Shown here: piece after piece, positions 12,967 to 25,602 of the stretch
How the letters are laid out: every line of letters begins with the position of its first letter
How positions within the stretch are numbered: position 1 is the first letter of the stretch
Assembly (NCBI GenBank): GCA_013265495.1
Contig: MU058287.1
Location: forward strand, 620,001 to 684,000
Length of the DNA stretch: 64,000 nucleotides
Reading direction: 5' to 3'
DNA from: Vicugna vicugna
Taxonomy: Eukaryota
Made by a program: the position numbers and the translations under genes
Notes under the pieces: model-generated
Databases searched by the model: none
Seen by the model: the letters and a program-made list of their open reading frames with translations, nothing else
What the model was told of the DNA's origin: nothing

Positions 12967-14969
12967 AGGCTCTTGATGGGCCTTATCCTGTCCCAATATG
13001 GGACATCAGCAAGTAAACGTTTGTGATTTGGAAAGTGCTAGAATTCTGGAGGGGAAAAGACTATACCCATTTTCAGCTCTTCCTTCATGTTCACATTGTT
13101 CAGAGCTGCTTAAGAGCTTTAAGGAGTCTTGAGAAACCGAAATAGACAAAATGATATTTCACCAAATTTAATAGGCAGAATGGGGACCCCTTCCCTCATG
13201 AATGGTTAATGAACTTAAGTAACTGTTACTGTCTGCTCTGTATGGTAGCGGCCTTTTAAAGGCCAATGTGGGGGCATCACTGACACAAAATGGAGGTGGT
13301 GTGGGGGTCATGTTTTATTTCGGCTATTTGTATCCTTATGAACTTTATAACTGATGCTAATCAGATCAAATGAGTGTTAGAAATTCTGTGGATATATAAT
13401 CATTTTAACCATAGTACTTTCTTGAAATTCTTTTATTCTCTTTTCCTAAAAATATATGATGATCTTAAAACAAATTTCCCTTATGCATTAAATATGGAGA
13501 AGACTAAATATTCTTCTTCATTTTTTTCTCCAGTAGAACGAATTTTTTCTTAGTTCAATCTTTCTACTCATACGTAGATGGGAAAAGTCATTATGGCCCC
13601 ACCTTTTAACTTATGGAGCATTTATTATTCATTATAGGTCTATTCTAGGGGTAAAACCCATTTATGGGAAAGAGTAATATAATGAGTGCTAACTTTTTGT
13701 ATGTTTGTTGTAGTTGAAATTACTGGTTCCATCACGGGTTTAAGATAGTCAGTTGCATAATGAATGGCCAAACCATCAGGACCCACCTACATGTAAATGT
13801 AAACCATAAAAGCTTGTTTCTAAATGGAATTAAGGAGACTCTTGTTTCCTGTACATTCTAGAAAATGTGATATTGTTTGTTGAATTCAAACTGAGCTTTA
13901 GGTTTAAATCTGTTGAGCTAGAAAGGTAACTATGATCTCAGGCTTCTAGCCTTTTCCAGGGAGGGTTAGATTCTTCTAAGGAAAGTGAACTCATATAAGC
14001 AAGGCATTTCCACTGAGCATTCAATGAAGACATTGTCAAACGAGCGATGGATGCTATCCATGATAGCTAATAATCAGATTTTGCTGATTTCTGATTATAA
14101 ATGATATTTTAAAAAGAACCACACCCACTAGAATGAAATGTAGAATGGTTACCTTGTGTTTCTTTTTTTCTTTGTCACAATGAATTCTCAAGGGGAATGT
14201 GGGGGAAAGGTGCAATGTTCCCATCCATCTTTTAATAAAAAAGGCTTCCATTGGGATGAGACCTGGTGACTTTGTATTGTTTTAAAAGAGGATCTGATTG
14301 TTTATATGCCTCACTTGGGTGGATGATTTCCTAATTTCATTTTCCTTTGGAGTGGTGCCACTTTTAAACACTTTTAAAGGTACTACAGAACTCCTTCTGG
14401 CCTGGGTCGGAGAACTTATGTCAGGAAAGTCCATTATTCTATTTCCTTTGCATATTATTTCCCTTTGTGGTTTTGTTTTGTTTTGTTTTTTTCATCCTGT
14501 GATACGAATCCGGTCTTTATCACTAAGGGCTAAGTCCTGGAAACTGACTGTTTTTTGGCTTATATATTTTCCTGATTGATTTTCCACTTGGAATATAAAT
14601 TATAGTTTTAATTTGTATTTCTCTTTGTTAGATGAAAGGAATTTGCTCATCTAGGCTAATAACATTTTTTTTTGTCCTGAGTTTTCTTCAACTGCTTTCC
14701 CAAACTAAGATTCCCTAGGTTTTGAAATGGATACTCAAAATTTTCTTTATTCCAACGTGTAAGTATTTACTTAGTATCTATTATAAAATAGAGCATGAGA
14801 GACTATGTGAGAATTTTAAAAGAACAGAAACATCATTGGAGAGAAGACTGGATACTGGAAAACAGTGAACACATTATACATCAGTGTAGTGAAAATTCCT
14901 TCTCATCTATTTTTCATCTTACATACATGGCTCTCACGCTTCATGTAGTCCAAAAATGTCTTACAATTT

Positions 14970-15165
14970 AATTTATTTTTTAAATTGCGATGGAAAACAC
15001 ATAACCTAACATTTACTGTCTTGACCATTCTAAAATGTGTAGTTCAATAGTGTCAAGTGTATTTACATTGCTATGCAGCAGATCTCCAGAACTTTTTCGT
15101 CTTGCAAAACATAAACTCTACCCATTAAACAACAGTTCTCCATTTTCTCTCCTCCTCGTCCCTGT
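14970..15165 (-). mobile_element. Short L1 (L1MA/MB-type) 3' end
   Basis: Same terminal text as the nested copy at 9232 (cttgaccatt...atatttacattg...gatctccagaactttt...aaactctacccattaaac). Confidence 0.75.
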
Positions 15166-15483
15166 AATTTGTTTTTAAAGAAACTCAGTTGAATCAAGTG
15201 TAAAACATTAATGACACACACTAAAAATTTAATCACCTATTTAAATCTGATGTTAACATACTACTGGTATCATGTAGTCCTCCCTTTTTGTTTATCAGTC
15301 CAATGCTAAAAAGTTTAAGTTACACCCCATGAGGTTTAAAAAATACTCTCTTTGAATAATTTGTATAATTTGCTACCTATGTAGCAAGTAAAGTATTTTT
15401 TTTTAATAAAATGGCTTATTTCTGTTACTCATTTGAAGTTTTATTGGGATTAAACTTAAAGTAGGAATAAGATATATGGATAT

Positions 15484-15695
15484 TAATAACAATGATAACT
15501 TGTTGAGTTTTTCCTGTGTGCCAGTTGCTGTATTAAATGTTTGAAGTCTTCCCAGTGACTCTGTGAGGGGGTTGCTATTATAATCCTCACTTCACTTATG
15601 AGTAAACTGAGGCACAGAAAAGTGAAATAACTTGCCCTAGGTCCCAGGGCTTGTGAGTAACTTAGCCTGTATTTGAACCTCGGAAGCCTGGCTTG
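15484..15695 (-). mobile_element. MIR SINE
   Basis: gtaaactgaggcacagaaaagtgaaataacttgccctaggtc...tttgaacctc. Confidence 0.8.
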
Positions 15696-17727
15696 AGTCT
15701 TCATTCCAAACACCTGTCCTGTGCTGCCTTCTAGATCAATAAGCATGTCCAGGTTAGAATATTGTCAAAGGGATACAGACATGTCTATGGAGAAAATGGG
15801 AAGTAGCAGAGAAGACTGCCTAGTATCTTTGAGGTCCCTACTTTGTGTCAAACACTTTGCAAGGTATTTTAATCCTTCTAATGTCCATCCAAGTTAGGTT
15901 TTACTGCCTCTTTTCATATGCAGAAACTAAGGGATGAAGTTTAGAAGCTTGCCTGTGGTCCCCTGCAAGTTGCAAGGCCTGGATTTGAACTCAAGATGTA
16001 TTTTCAAAAGGGCTAGAATACATATTTCCATTTTCTAGCTTTTTCAGTCTTCAAGAAGAATGATGACACCCTGATATCGCCTATGTGATCAGAAATTTTG
16101 AACAGAGTGGAAAGAGAGAGTACTGGAAGGGAGCATGATGTCAAAGTGGAAAGTTAGCATTGCCATCAAACTTGGAAAGTTACGGTTCCAGTTACAGTGA
16201 AACGGTACTTCTTCCCAAACGCCAAACATTTTTTTGGTGTTTGGCCTTGGAGAATAAGAGCTTTAATGAAGCTACTCTTGGTCCTCTCACTGCTGGGTAA
16301 AGCAGAAATCAGCTGTTGTTTATCCTTCCTGGTTTGGTCTAGACCTGGACCAGTTTTACCAGACAAAGACTGTCCTTTACAGACACTGTACATTCTGTTG
16401 TGCCGGCAAGATGGTAGGTATCAGAGTGAAATGTTTAAAATGCTAGGAGCACAAACTCTTTAATCACCTTAAGAAACCTGATCTGATTCGATACGTATGT
16501 GAAAGTAAACAACGTGGGTCCAGGGGAACGCCTACTGAATCCTCTTAGACTGGTTACTCACACCTGTTCATTCGAGGTGGTAATGTTTAATATGTATGGT
16601 TCATGGGTTAACTAAACAGAACGGGTGTTAAACACTTGAAACTAAAATAGTACTGTAAGGCAGTTATACTTTAATTTTTCTTAAAAGCAGGCTGCTAAAG
16701 ATGATACGTAACCCCCTCAAAAAAATTTGGCCGGAACTATGAATCATTTCAGATGCCTTTCATTCTGGGCAGTAGAATCTGATATGTGAATGAATGGGAA
16801 TGCCGTAATTTTGGATAGTTGAGCATTGCTCAGGTCTCTGTCATGCCCTCTCTTGCTTGTTATTCGGCTGCCTGATCAGCGGTGAAGTGGGATACTGTCT
16901 CATTTTAATCCACATTGTTGAGTCCCTGAGATGGATAAGGCTCTCCTAGAGCAAATCATGGGGAAGGAATCAGAATTAGACGTTCAGGCTCTCTGGAAGT
17001 TTCTCTAATGAGTATGTTTATGATCTTCTAGTTTGAAAAACCTCTTCACCATTCAGGGCTGGGATTCGTTTTTCCGTCAGTTCTCTATCCTGTTCTGAGT
17101 GGGAAGTTAGAATTTAAATACTCTAAGGATGTTTGTCATTATCTTTACTTCAAAGGTCTGTGCCTTTTGTGGTCTCACCCTGCTTTGGGTTTACTATCTT
17201 TGAATGTGAAGAAACGAGAAATGGAAACACCCAGACTCTTCATCAAGCGAGATGAACCCAGAGCCCCTGTCTAGTGCGTTTCTGCCTTTCTTGAGTTTAC
17301 AAGAATCAGACTGGGAGAAGGAAAGACAGGCAGTGTTTCACGTAGCTCACAAATCCTGGCCTCTAATTACTCTCCTGAGGTTGCTTGTACTTCCTGACCC
17401 ATCTGGGATCGGGGACTTGCTCATTGTTCTAGTCCCGAGCCTTCATCCCTGGGGAATAAAACCCATGAGTCCCCTTGGATGGATTTACCATGGCTGTCCC
17501 CAGCCCGTTCCCTCTGGACACAGCAGTGATTTCAGCTGCTGTTGCTGTTGTTACAAAGCAAAGACCATCACCTCTTCTCCCCTCCCACCTCAGCTTTTCC
17601 CGTCACCTCTGTCACTTGAAATTGTGGAAGTATTGATACATTGTTCAATGAAAAAGAATGACGCTGAACAGTTTGTAAAACATCCTACCTTGTATGTAAA
17701 AAAGGGAAAAATTAAAATGAATGTTTA

Positions 17728-17839
17728 GGGGTGGGTATAGCTCAGGGGTAGAACGCATTCTTAGCATGCACGAGGTCCTGGGTTCAATCCCCAGTACCTC
17801 CAGTACCTCCAGTACCTCCATTAAAGGAGAAAAAAAAAA
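17728..17839 (+). mobile_element. tRNA-Ala-derived camelid SINE (Vic-1-like, short-tail form)
   Basis: gggtatagctcaggggtaga...cttagcatgcacgaggtcctgggttcaatccccagtacctcca plus poly(A); flanking aatgttt at 17720-17726 and 17841-17847. Confidence 0.9.
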
Positions 17840-18456
17840 CAATGTTTGAATTTACCTAAGAAAGTCTGGGAGGATATACAAGACACTAATAAAAGTGGTT
17901 GGTTGCTTGTGGAGTAAGGGTGAGGTTCCGTTTGAATAGGTGGGAGATCAGGGTGAAAGCCAGTGGGAGAAAGGGAAAGTGAGATTTTCCACCATATCTG
18001 TTTATAATTTGAACTATGAAGATGCATTACCATCTAAAAAATTGCCCATTTAAAAGTAATTGTAAGAAGATTCTGGAAAATGTATGTGGCCTCTTTAAGC
18101 CTCAATATCCTTATCTATTTGTGAGAAATAAAAATAATTGAGTAGCCTGTCTTTCAGGAATAGTGGGAGGACTAAGGATAAAATACATTAAAAATGCTAT
18201 CTAAGCACCAAACTGATGGCTGATGACTGTCAGGTCTTTGGAGGAAGTTGTGACACTGATTTCCCAAGAGGAAGGGACATAGATCTTCGCATCTTCCTCT
18301 TTCTAAGGGCTCGGTCAAGTCTCAAACTCTTGAGGTGGGAAAAAAAGGACCTGTGTGGTTCTTCTTTCACATTTCTGCCTTGAAAACCTAGAGAATCTTT
18401 GACCTCTGCTGGAAGAAAATTCAGTGTTAAAAAGCATCGATGTAACACCATTTTTG

Positions 18457-19030
18457 ATTAGTCAGAGCTTTTCGCTTCTAATGAGTAGTAACAAACTTAA
18501 GCATACAGAGAATTTATTGGTTCACATAACTGAGAAGTCCAGGGCAGACAAGCTTCAGGCATGGATGGATCCAAGTCTTTAAAAGTTGAGGTTATGAATC
18601 GGCCTCCTTTTGAATCTATATTCCTCTGTATTGACTTTCTTTCCTTTTTTTTTTTTTAAGTTAGTGTCTCCTGTTATGGAGGTAAAGTGACTGACTGCTA
18701 GAAGTCCTAGGCTCCTATTCAGCTAGTTTTAACAGATCCAGAAGAAAGAGAACACCTTCTTTTCCTGTTGTTCCACCATAATTCTTGGGCCTGAATCCCA
18801 CTGGTGGAACTCAGGCCCAGCCCACCTCTGAACCAGTCGCCAACTCCAGGACGATACTGGGCTCTGTCTGGATAAGCCTGGGAGCCCCGGAGCCCAGAGG
18901 GGGTTAGCCTCACACAGATAACACAGACTAAGAGAGGGGGAAGGTGGTTTCTTAAAGGCTAAATATCAGGAGGGCTGTTTAAAAATAAGCAGAGAAGGTA
19001 GAAAAGGTTGCTAGACATGTCTCCCTCTTC
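18457..19030. mobile_element. Old MaLR solo LTR (MLT1J/K-like)
   Basis: ttagtcagagctttt...aatttattggttcacataactgagaagtccagg...gcttcaggcatggatggatccaag matches my recollection of MLT1 LTRs. Confidence 0.6.
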
Positions 19031-19210
19031 CCTGCAAAAATAAACTAAAAACTGAAGTGCACAATATCTGCTTGGTGCGAGATGTGGTTTCTGGCAACAT
19101 GGAGATGGGGTGACACACAGGACATCCCTCGTAGGGCTTGAACTAGAGTCATGTGGATGTGCAGCTGTGTACACAGGGAGCAGCGGAAAATGCAGTAAGT
19201 GCAGCAACAG

Positions 19211-19370
19211 AAATAATAGTAATAGCCAACACTTATTCAGTGCTTTCCCTCTAGATGCTAGTCTAACATTTACTCATTGTAACTCATTTAATCTCCAGAA
19301 GACCCAGAACGTAGCGGCTGTTACCCCATTTTGTAGATGAGAAAGCTGAGGCACAGAGAAGTTATTTAAA
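19211..19370 (-). mobile_element. MIR SINE
   Basis: ccccattttgtagatgagaaagctgaggcacagagaagtta. Confidence 0.8.
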
Positions 19371-20284
19371 AGTGCTGTAGGAGCGTAGTTACTCTGGATT
19401 CTACCAGCCCCGGTGAGATCGCCGTGCAGGGGGCGCTGTTTGAAGAGGACTTAAATTTTAGGAGGATTTCAGCGGAGAAGGAGAGGGAAACAGCCTGATT
19501 CTAGGAGAAAGAAACACATGAAGGGATGGAGCAGAGGAATGGCTTAGGAAATGGCAAGAAGTAAAATTTGACTTCAACATTGGGCTTGTGCAAAAATGAG
19601 ATGAAAAAAAATGTGGGGGGAAGAATGGTTCGCTGGGACCAGTTGCAAAGCTTGGCTGCTGCTCTGAGGAGCTGGACCTGATCTGGAGTCTAGGATTTTT
19701 GAGCAGGGGAGTGGCACAGATAAACAAGAAAATGGCCAGACCCCTGAGTGTTTTTAGAGGGAGCTATTGGCTTTATTTCTTCTCCTTACATTCTTGAGAT
19801 GTTTTGGAAGGTTTTTGTAAACGTCCTGTTGGGTGGCATTTTGGCAGTTGTAGTTCTTTAAATGACTTAGCTAAGCCTTAGTGAAGAGTCCATTTCTTGC
19901 CATTCTGTCTTCTGGAACGACCATTGAGGAGAGGTAAAGCAAAGCCAGGCTCTTATAGAGTACTTTCAACACAAGACAAGCAGGCCTCTGTTTCTGTCAC
20001 AGTTTCACAGTAAGGCCATTCAGTACTCAGAACCAAGAAGATAACACGGTCCGCTTATTTAATGGTCTTCTATTCGCTCTCCTGTTTTGTTCCGACATTA
20101 AGCAGTGTTAGAATCGAGAATTAGGACTCTCTTTCCTCGCCAAAGGAAAACACAAGTGGCTTGTTGACGGCAAGATTTACTCTCACAGATACTTCCAGAG
20201 TAATATAAAATCTTGGCCATGCGGCCCCAGAAAGGGGCTGGCGGCGTACGCCCCAGCCTCCTCCCCTGAATGCAGGCTCCGTGC

Positions 20285-20599
20285 CCAGAGGGACATCATG
20301 AATCACTTATAATTTATGATGAGCCCAGTCGTGTACTACGCCCGGCTAGTTGGCTGGTGTCTGTCCTCTACACACTGTGACCTCCCTTCTTCACAGCATA
20401 CAGAGGCTTCTTTAGATGAGCCATAGGATGAAGAGCCAAGGATTTTCCCTCTGGCTGGCCCAGCCCAGCAGTCGACGGGGGAGAAGACTGAAGACTCTTG
20501 TTCTTAGAGTTTTGCCATGGGCCTCACTTGCTCTCTCTGAGATTGGAGGTGGGGAAGGCGCAGAAAACAAGACCATCATCATTATCAGCCTGTTTTCTT
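20285..20599. repeat. Copy A of an unclassified ~310 bp dispersed direct repeat (copy B at 39517-39819)
   Basis: Collinear shared blocks: tcctctacacactgt, tcccttcttc, agcatacagag, tcacttgctc, agcctgttttctt. Confidence 0.85.
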
Positions 20600-20829
20600 T
20601 TATTCTTTTTTTTCAACAAGTACATACATTTTCTGAGTGCCAACAACCTGCAAAGCGCAGCAGGAAATGAAACAGAGTTTTGGTTCCCATGGAGATCATG
20701 CTCACACTAAGTAGTAGGTCCCATGTCAGAGGGCATGACAGATTTTACAGGTTAAGAAGAAGGATAAAGAGCGGGAGGGGAACAAGCTACTCTGCGTCAG
20801 GTGTGCAGGGAAGGGGCCTCTAATAAGAT

Positions 20830-21110
20830 GAGCTGTGAGCAAAGACTGGAAGGAAGTGATGGAATGAGTCTTGAGGGGGAATGAAGCATCTCATCCCGGG
20901 AAGGACAGAGGCCACCAGGCAGGGGTTGGCCTCAGGTGAGAAGCAGCAGGGGCTGGAGGGACTGGAGCAGAGAGAGGCAGGAGGGAGTGTCCAGGAGAGG
21001 ATTGGGTAGCGGGAGGGCTCACCTGGGGTGGGGGCATCACAGAGACCATGCCAGGGAGCTGAGCTATTATTCAGTGTGAGCTGGACAGCCATTGGAGGTT
21101 TTTTGAAGAT
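20830..21110 (-). mobile_element. L2 LINE fragment (degenerate)
   Basis: Purine-rich antisense L2-like text ending agccattggaggttttttgaag. Confidence 0.5.
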
Positions 21111-21275
21111 CGGTCTTTCTCAGATACTTGAAAAATCCGAGTGTATGAAGTCAGGAAAATGGGGCACAGTGCTTCCCTCACTTCTTAGAGAGAGTATGAG
21201 CTGCTATAGTCAGGCCTGAACTGTCAGAACTCTAATTCACCCATGTGGAGGGTGAAACAGAAACCATGGTTTTGC

Positions 21276-22029
21276 ACAGATAACAAAACTGGCAAGGATG
21301 TGGAGAAAAGGGAACCCTGATACACTGTTGGTGGGAATGTAAATTGGTGCAGCCACTGTGGAAGACAGTGAAGGGTGCTCAAAAGACTGAAAGTAGAACC
21401 ATATAATCAGCAGTTCCACTCCTGGGAATATATGCAAAGAAAACGAAAATGCTAATTAAAAAGATGCATATGCCCCAATGTTCACAGCAGAGTTATTTAC
21501 AATAACCAAGATATGGAAGCAACCTTGTTGAAGTGTCTGTCAACAGAGGAATGGATAAAGAAGATGTGGTATATCTCTACAATGGATTATTACTCAGCCA
21601 TAAAAAAGAATGAAATTCTGCCATTTACAGTAGTGTAGATGGACCTAGAGGATATTATGCTTAGTGTAATAAGTCAGACAGAGAAAGACAAATACAGTAT
21701 GGTATCACTTATATGCGGAATCTAAAAAATAAAACAAATGAATATAACAAAACAGAAACAGACTCACAGAAATAGAGGATAAACTAGTGGTTACCAGTGT
21801 GTGGAGGGGGGCAGGACAGGAGTAGGGGATTAAGAGATAGACACTACTACGTAGGAAAGAAATAAGCAACAAGAATATATTGCACAGCACAGGGGAATCT
21901 AGCCATTATGTTGTAATAACTTTAAATGGAGCATAATCTTTAAACATATCAAATCACTGTGTTGTACAGCTGAAACTGATACAATAATGTACATCAACTA
22001 TACTTCAATTACAGAAGGGGGGAAGGGGG
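21276..22029 (+). mobile_element. 5'-truncated L1 (L1MA-type 3' end) with 17-bp TSD
   Basis: ggcaaggatgtggagaaaagggaacc...atggacctagaggatattatgcttagtg...catcaactatacttcaat; TSD agaaaccatggttttgc (21259-21275) / agaaatcacggttttgc (22030-22046). Confidence 0.92.
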
Positions 22030-23199
22030 AGAAATCACGGTTTTGCTTGACCTCAGTGTAAAAATCACACCTGCTTTTTCCGTCAGGATAAAAGTGAGTA
22101 GCCATGAGCCATTTACTCAAGTGGCAACAGTACTCCTCATGGACACCCGGCTCCTACATCCAGTGGTCTGTGCCCTGCTAAATCTCTTCCCCAGAAAGAT
22201 TTTGGTTATGCCGCAGCTGTGAGCGAGACACCCCAGCATTGCTGCTGCTGCTGCTGCGCAGATCAGTGTGAGCTTTACCTTTTAACCTGTGTTTTTTTGC
22301 GTTGGAACGAAAATCGGAGGGTTTTGCGCTGTGGGAACCGTGGGCTTGATTAATGGGCCAAAGTTACAGGAAGTGAGTGGTTTTGGCTCCTTATGAGGAG
22401 TACCTTCCTGAAAGTGAGGATGATGGAGAACTGGGGTGGGCTCTGCCATAAAGGGACCCTCCTGCCTCGGATGTCCTCAGGCAGGTGAGCCCAGCTCTGG
22501 AATGTTCCTGAAAGGACTCCTGCTTTGTGAGGCACGCTGGACTCGAGTGACCTCTCCGATTCATTCCAGCACAGAACACTTCTGAGCGTATGAAAAAGTG
22601 TCCAGTGAATGTGTTCTGCAAACAGACAGACACTCTATAAACATGAGGCACATAGTTTTAAAGATGAAGAGTACGATACTTGTTCTGGGAGAGCGGCGGC
22701 TGGAGCTTGGTGCCCCGACAGCATACCTTCCATGCTTAGTGGCCTGCAGTTTGTTCCCCTTGGCCCAGGACACAGTTATCTGCATTATGTGTTAAAAATG
22801 CCCTCAGCCAAAGACCAAACAAATAGCCGAAGGCATTTTCCTCTCTGGGCCTCTGTATAGGAGGCAGAGCAAAGAACAAAGCTGTCGGGTTTGATTCTTG
22901 GCAGGAAGCCAAGCTGCCGCTTCAAAGCTCCAGGATTTACAGGGAAGAAAGAGGAGGGCTATTTAGCTGAGATCAAGTTAGAATTAAGGCAACAGAAAAC
23001 TTAACACTAAAACTAAAGCATCCTCTGGGATCTATAAGGAAAGGGCAGAAACCACAGCGGGGTACGTTCCGGGCTCTCCGATGATTTTTTTGGTGCTTTA
23101 AAGGTACCCCAAGCAGAGATCACACAGTGGCCTTGATTAACAGTCTAGGATCACACAGTGTTTGAGATGGACACACCGTCCTTTAGCGATCATTGAATC

Positions 23200-23340
23200 T
23201 CATCCCTCAGTTTACAGGTAACGGATCAGAGGCCTTGGAAATTGAAGACACTGCCAAACGGCACACAACTGGTTGTGGAAGTAGTGGGTCTAGAATCCAG
23301 GACTTCTGACAACTATTGTGTGTTTTAGTCCACTTGACCA
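23200..23340 (-). mobile_element. MIR SINE (degenerate)
   Basis: cctcagtttacaggtaacggatcagaggcc...cacacaactggttgtgg...tctagaatccaggacttctgac. Confidence 0.55.
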
Positions 23341-25521
23341 GAGCAGCAAACAATGAGGAGTCCTGTTTCCTAAGATCCAGGGGGAGGCAGCCACAAAGAC
23401 CATGTTCTGATTCAGCAGTGCCTTCAGTTTCCCTGAATGTGGCCTCGTTCTTGCGCCCAGGGTCGCCTGCGTCCTCCAGCATCACCGCCTGGAGTCCCTG
23501 GGTCCACCCCCAGGAGTCAGGGCTGAGACCTGGCAAGAGGTCTGCAGCGGCTGGCCTGCCCTCGGAGCCCGGTCAGACGTGAACGGGTCTGAACGGTCCT
23601 CGGGAGATTGGTGGTCAGGGTGCTTCTGAACCATCTGCATGATCTCAGCGTCGTGGGTGTCGTCTGGTTTCCTGTGCTGACAGGGCTTCCCTCCTCTTTG
23701 ACCAAAGCCTGAACAGTTGAAGCTGTATATAAGTAACAGCACTCTTTTTACATAGAAGAGCGGCTCCCGCTGGCCCTCCACACCCAGTTAACTTTGTCCT
23801 TGGCAATCACCACCATTTAAGTGAGCCGTTGTCACTTGCTTCTGGAAGCCACGGTGGAGTGGGTGTGGGTGAGTGACGTAAAGGAAGGGGGGGCTTCTGC
23901 GTGTGTCTCCATGTGAACTAACGAGATGCTAATTGTTCTTTTGACCTTTCATTCATTCACTCACTCACTCATTCGTTCATTCATTTTCTTGTTTGTTTAC
24001 ATCCTGATTCTAGCCATAGAAAATAAAGTTTGACGAAACTTACGAACAAAGAGCACATATGCTGTAAATAAAATGTAAATGAAGTCAGGTCACTGAGAAG
24101 GAGGAAACAGTTTCATGAATTGTCATATGAAATCTGTGATAAATACCGAATTTTACTCTGACCTTCCTGGCAAACAAAATACACATGTCCTAGTTACCAG
24201 AAAGGGGGAAAAGTTCCAATTTCTTCAAGAGAGACTAAGTGTTGCTATTCTGGGGCTCATGTCATTGCTTAACACTAAGCTCCCGGCCCAAGACACGCCC
24301 CTCCCTCCCTCTCTCTCCCCGGAAGTGTCCTTGCTCAGGCCACCTGGAGCAACTCCCCCCCCCCCCAAAAAAACATGCTCTTAGAGCCATCACGAGCTCT
24401 GTTAATGTGTGTCAGGGTATGGCTTGAGGTGATGGGGTTTCATTTGGGTCTTGAAACTATGTTGTCGAGGGTGACTAGGATTTGCAGATTATGAAGCCAG
24501 AGGTAGGAATTTTAGGGAGGGTTAGAATCTAGTCCTGCTGTGGCTACCCACTCTCCACCAGTGTACCTTTCCTTCTCCCCAAAGAACCCCTTCTCTGGCC
24601 CTGTTTTGTATGTCAAGGTGCTTTTTTGAACGGGGCATCTAAAGAGAATAATTTGGCAGAGCACACCTTGAGGAATGTTGGCTCAGAGGATTAGTAGGTG
24701 GTATGACCTTGTATTTCACGTTACATACCTTGGCCCCTGGAAGTGGGGAATGGAGCTGGTGGTTATGTAGACCTACAGGGTTTAGGACCTAATATTATAC
24801 ACATCTAAGGTGAATACTGCTGAAGTCCCACCCTGAGCTCCTAAGCTCCATTCTGAAGTTGTACCAGAAATTTAGATTTCTTCCGGCAGAAGAAAGCATC
24901 AGTGTTGAGATTCCCATCCCCTTACATGCTATGAAAGCATGAATTAACTTCATCCTCCCAAGACTTGGGATTTGTCGGCGGAGACACCAGAACACTCTAG
25001 AGTTTGTGAGTATGCAAGAGTTACAGAAATGCAAGAAGAATTACAGAAATCTGATTTGTTGGACTTTTGAAATAGGTGGTGTGAGAAAGAAAACACTAGA
25101 AAAGTAGTCCTGGGATTCAGATGAGTTATTTGTGTGTCAACTGAAAGTTTGTTTTTCATGTAAGCATACGTATCCTCTACATGCATTGAAACATTCATAG
25201 AAGGCTGTGTTTTAGAATGCATCATAACTAAAGAAAGGAGTATTTCAAAGCAAGAAGCAGCCTTGGTGCTGCACAGTTGGTATGAGATAATGTGTCTGAA
25301 TATCCTCATTTGGAAGACGAGGCACAGTGGCTCAGCTTCTGACCGTGGGCTGGCGTCGTTTGCCCTGTCCTAACAATGTTGGCTCCAATCCCATGGTTTG
25401 AAAAACTGGGGTTTGAGCCCTCAGGTGAACAGAATGAATGTGCTCAATTCTACTTGGGATGTTTTTCATAATTATTTTAAGCCATGACTTGATTCTTACT
25501 TGTGCTTATTCTTTTTAAAAG

Positions 25522-25602
25522 TATTAGAAAGGAAGATTTCTACAAGACAAAGTAGAGAGGAGCTGATAAGAAGGGGAGTTCTTAAGGAATTGCCTGATCA
25601 AG
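25522..25602 (+). CDS. PHACTR2: PHACTR2 exon (81 nt), N-terminal RPEL motif (V)[26 protein letters not shown]
   Basis: Acceptor ctttttaaaag|TATTAG, donor CAAG|gtgagg. Missed by the ORF track; translated manually. Confidence 0.95.

Noticed and set aside
17728..17820. Functional tRNA-Ala(AGC) genes (also at 482, 55054, 61171)
   Set aside because: A-rich tails, shared non-tRNA 3' sequence, TSDs and stem mismatches indicate SINE copies.
19423..19436. Second CTCF-like motif CGTGCAGGGGGCGC
   Set aside because: Mismatch at the highly conserved second C of the core; too weak without ChIP data.
20315..20545. C/D-box snoRNA reading of the duplicated element (RTGATGA in both copies)
   Set aside because: No CTGA D box at an equivalent position in both copies and no terminal stem seen; an Rfam/snoscan search would settle it.
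25012..25050. Short imperfect tandem duplication atgcaaga..ttacagaaat x2
   Set aside because: Two units only; ordinary slippage.
963..25309. Short ORFs (60-158 aa) in the long 5' intron as nested genes
   Set aside because: No recognisable domains, many start at non-ATG codons, and many overlap L1/L2/MIR/LTR remnants; consistent with chance.
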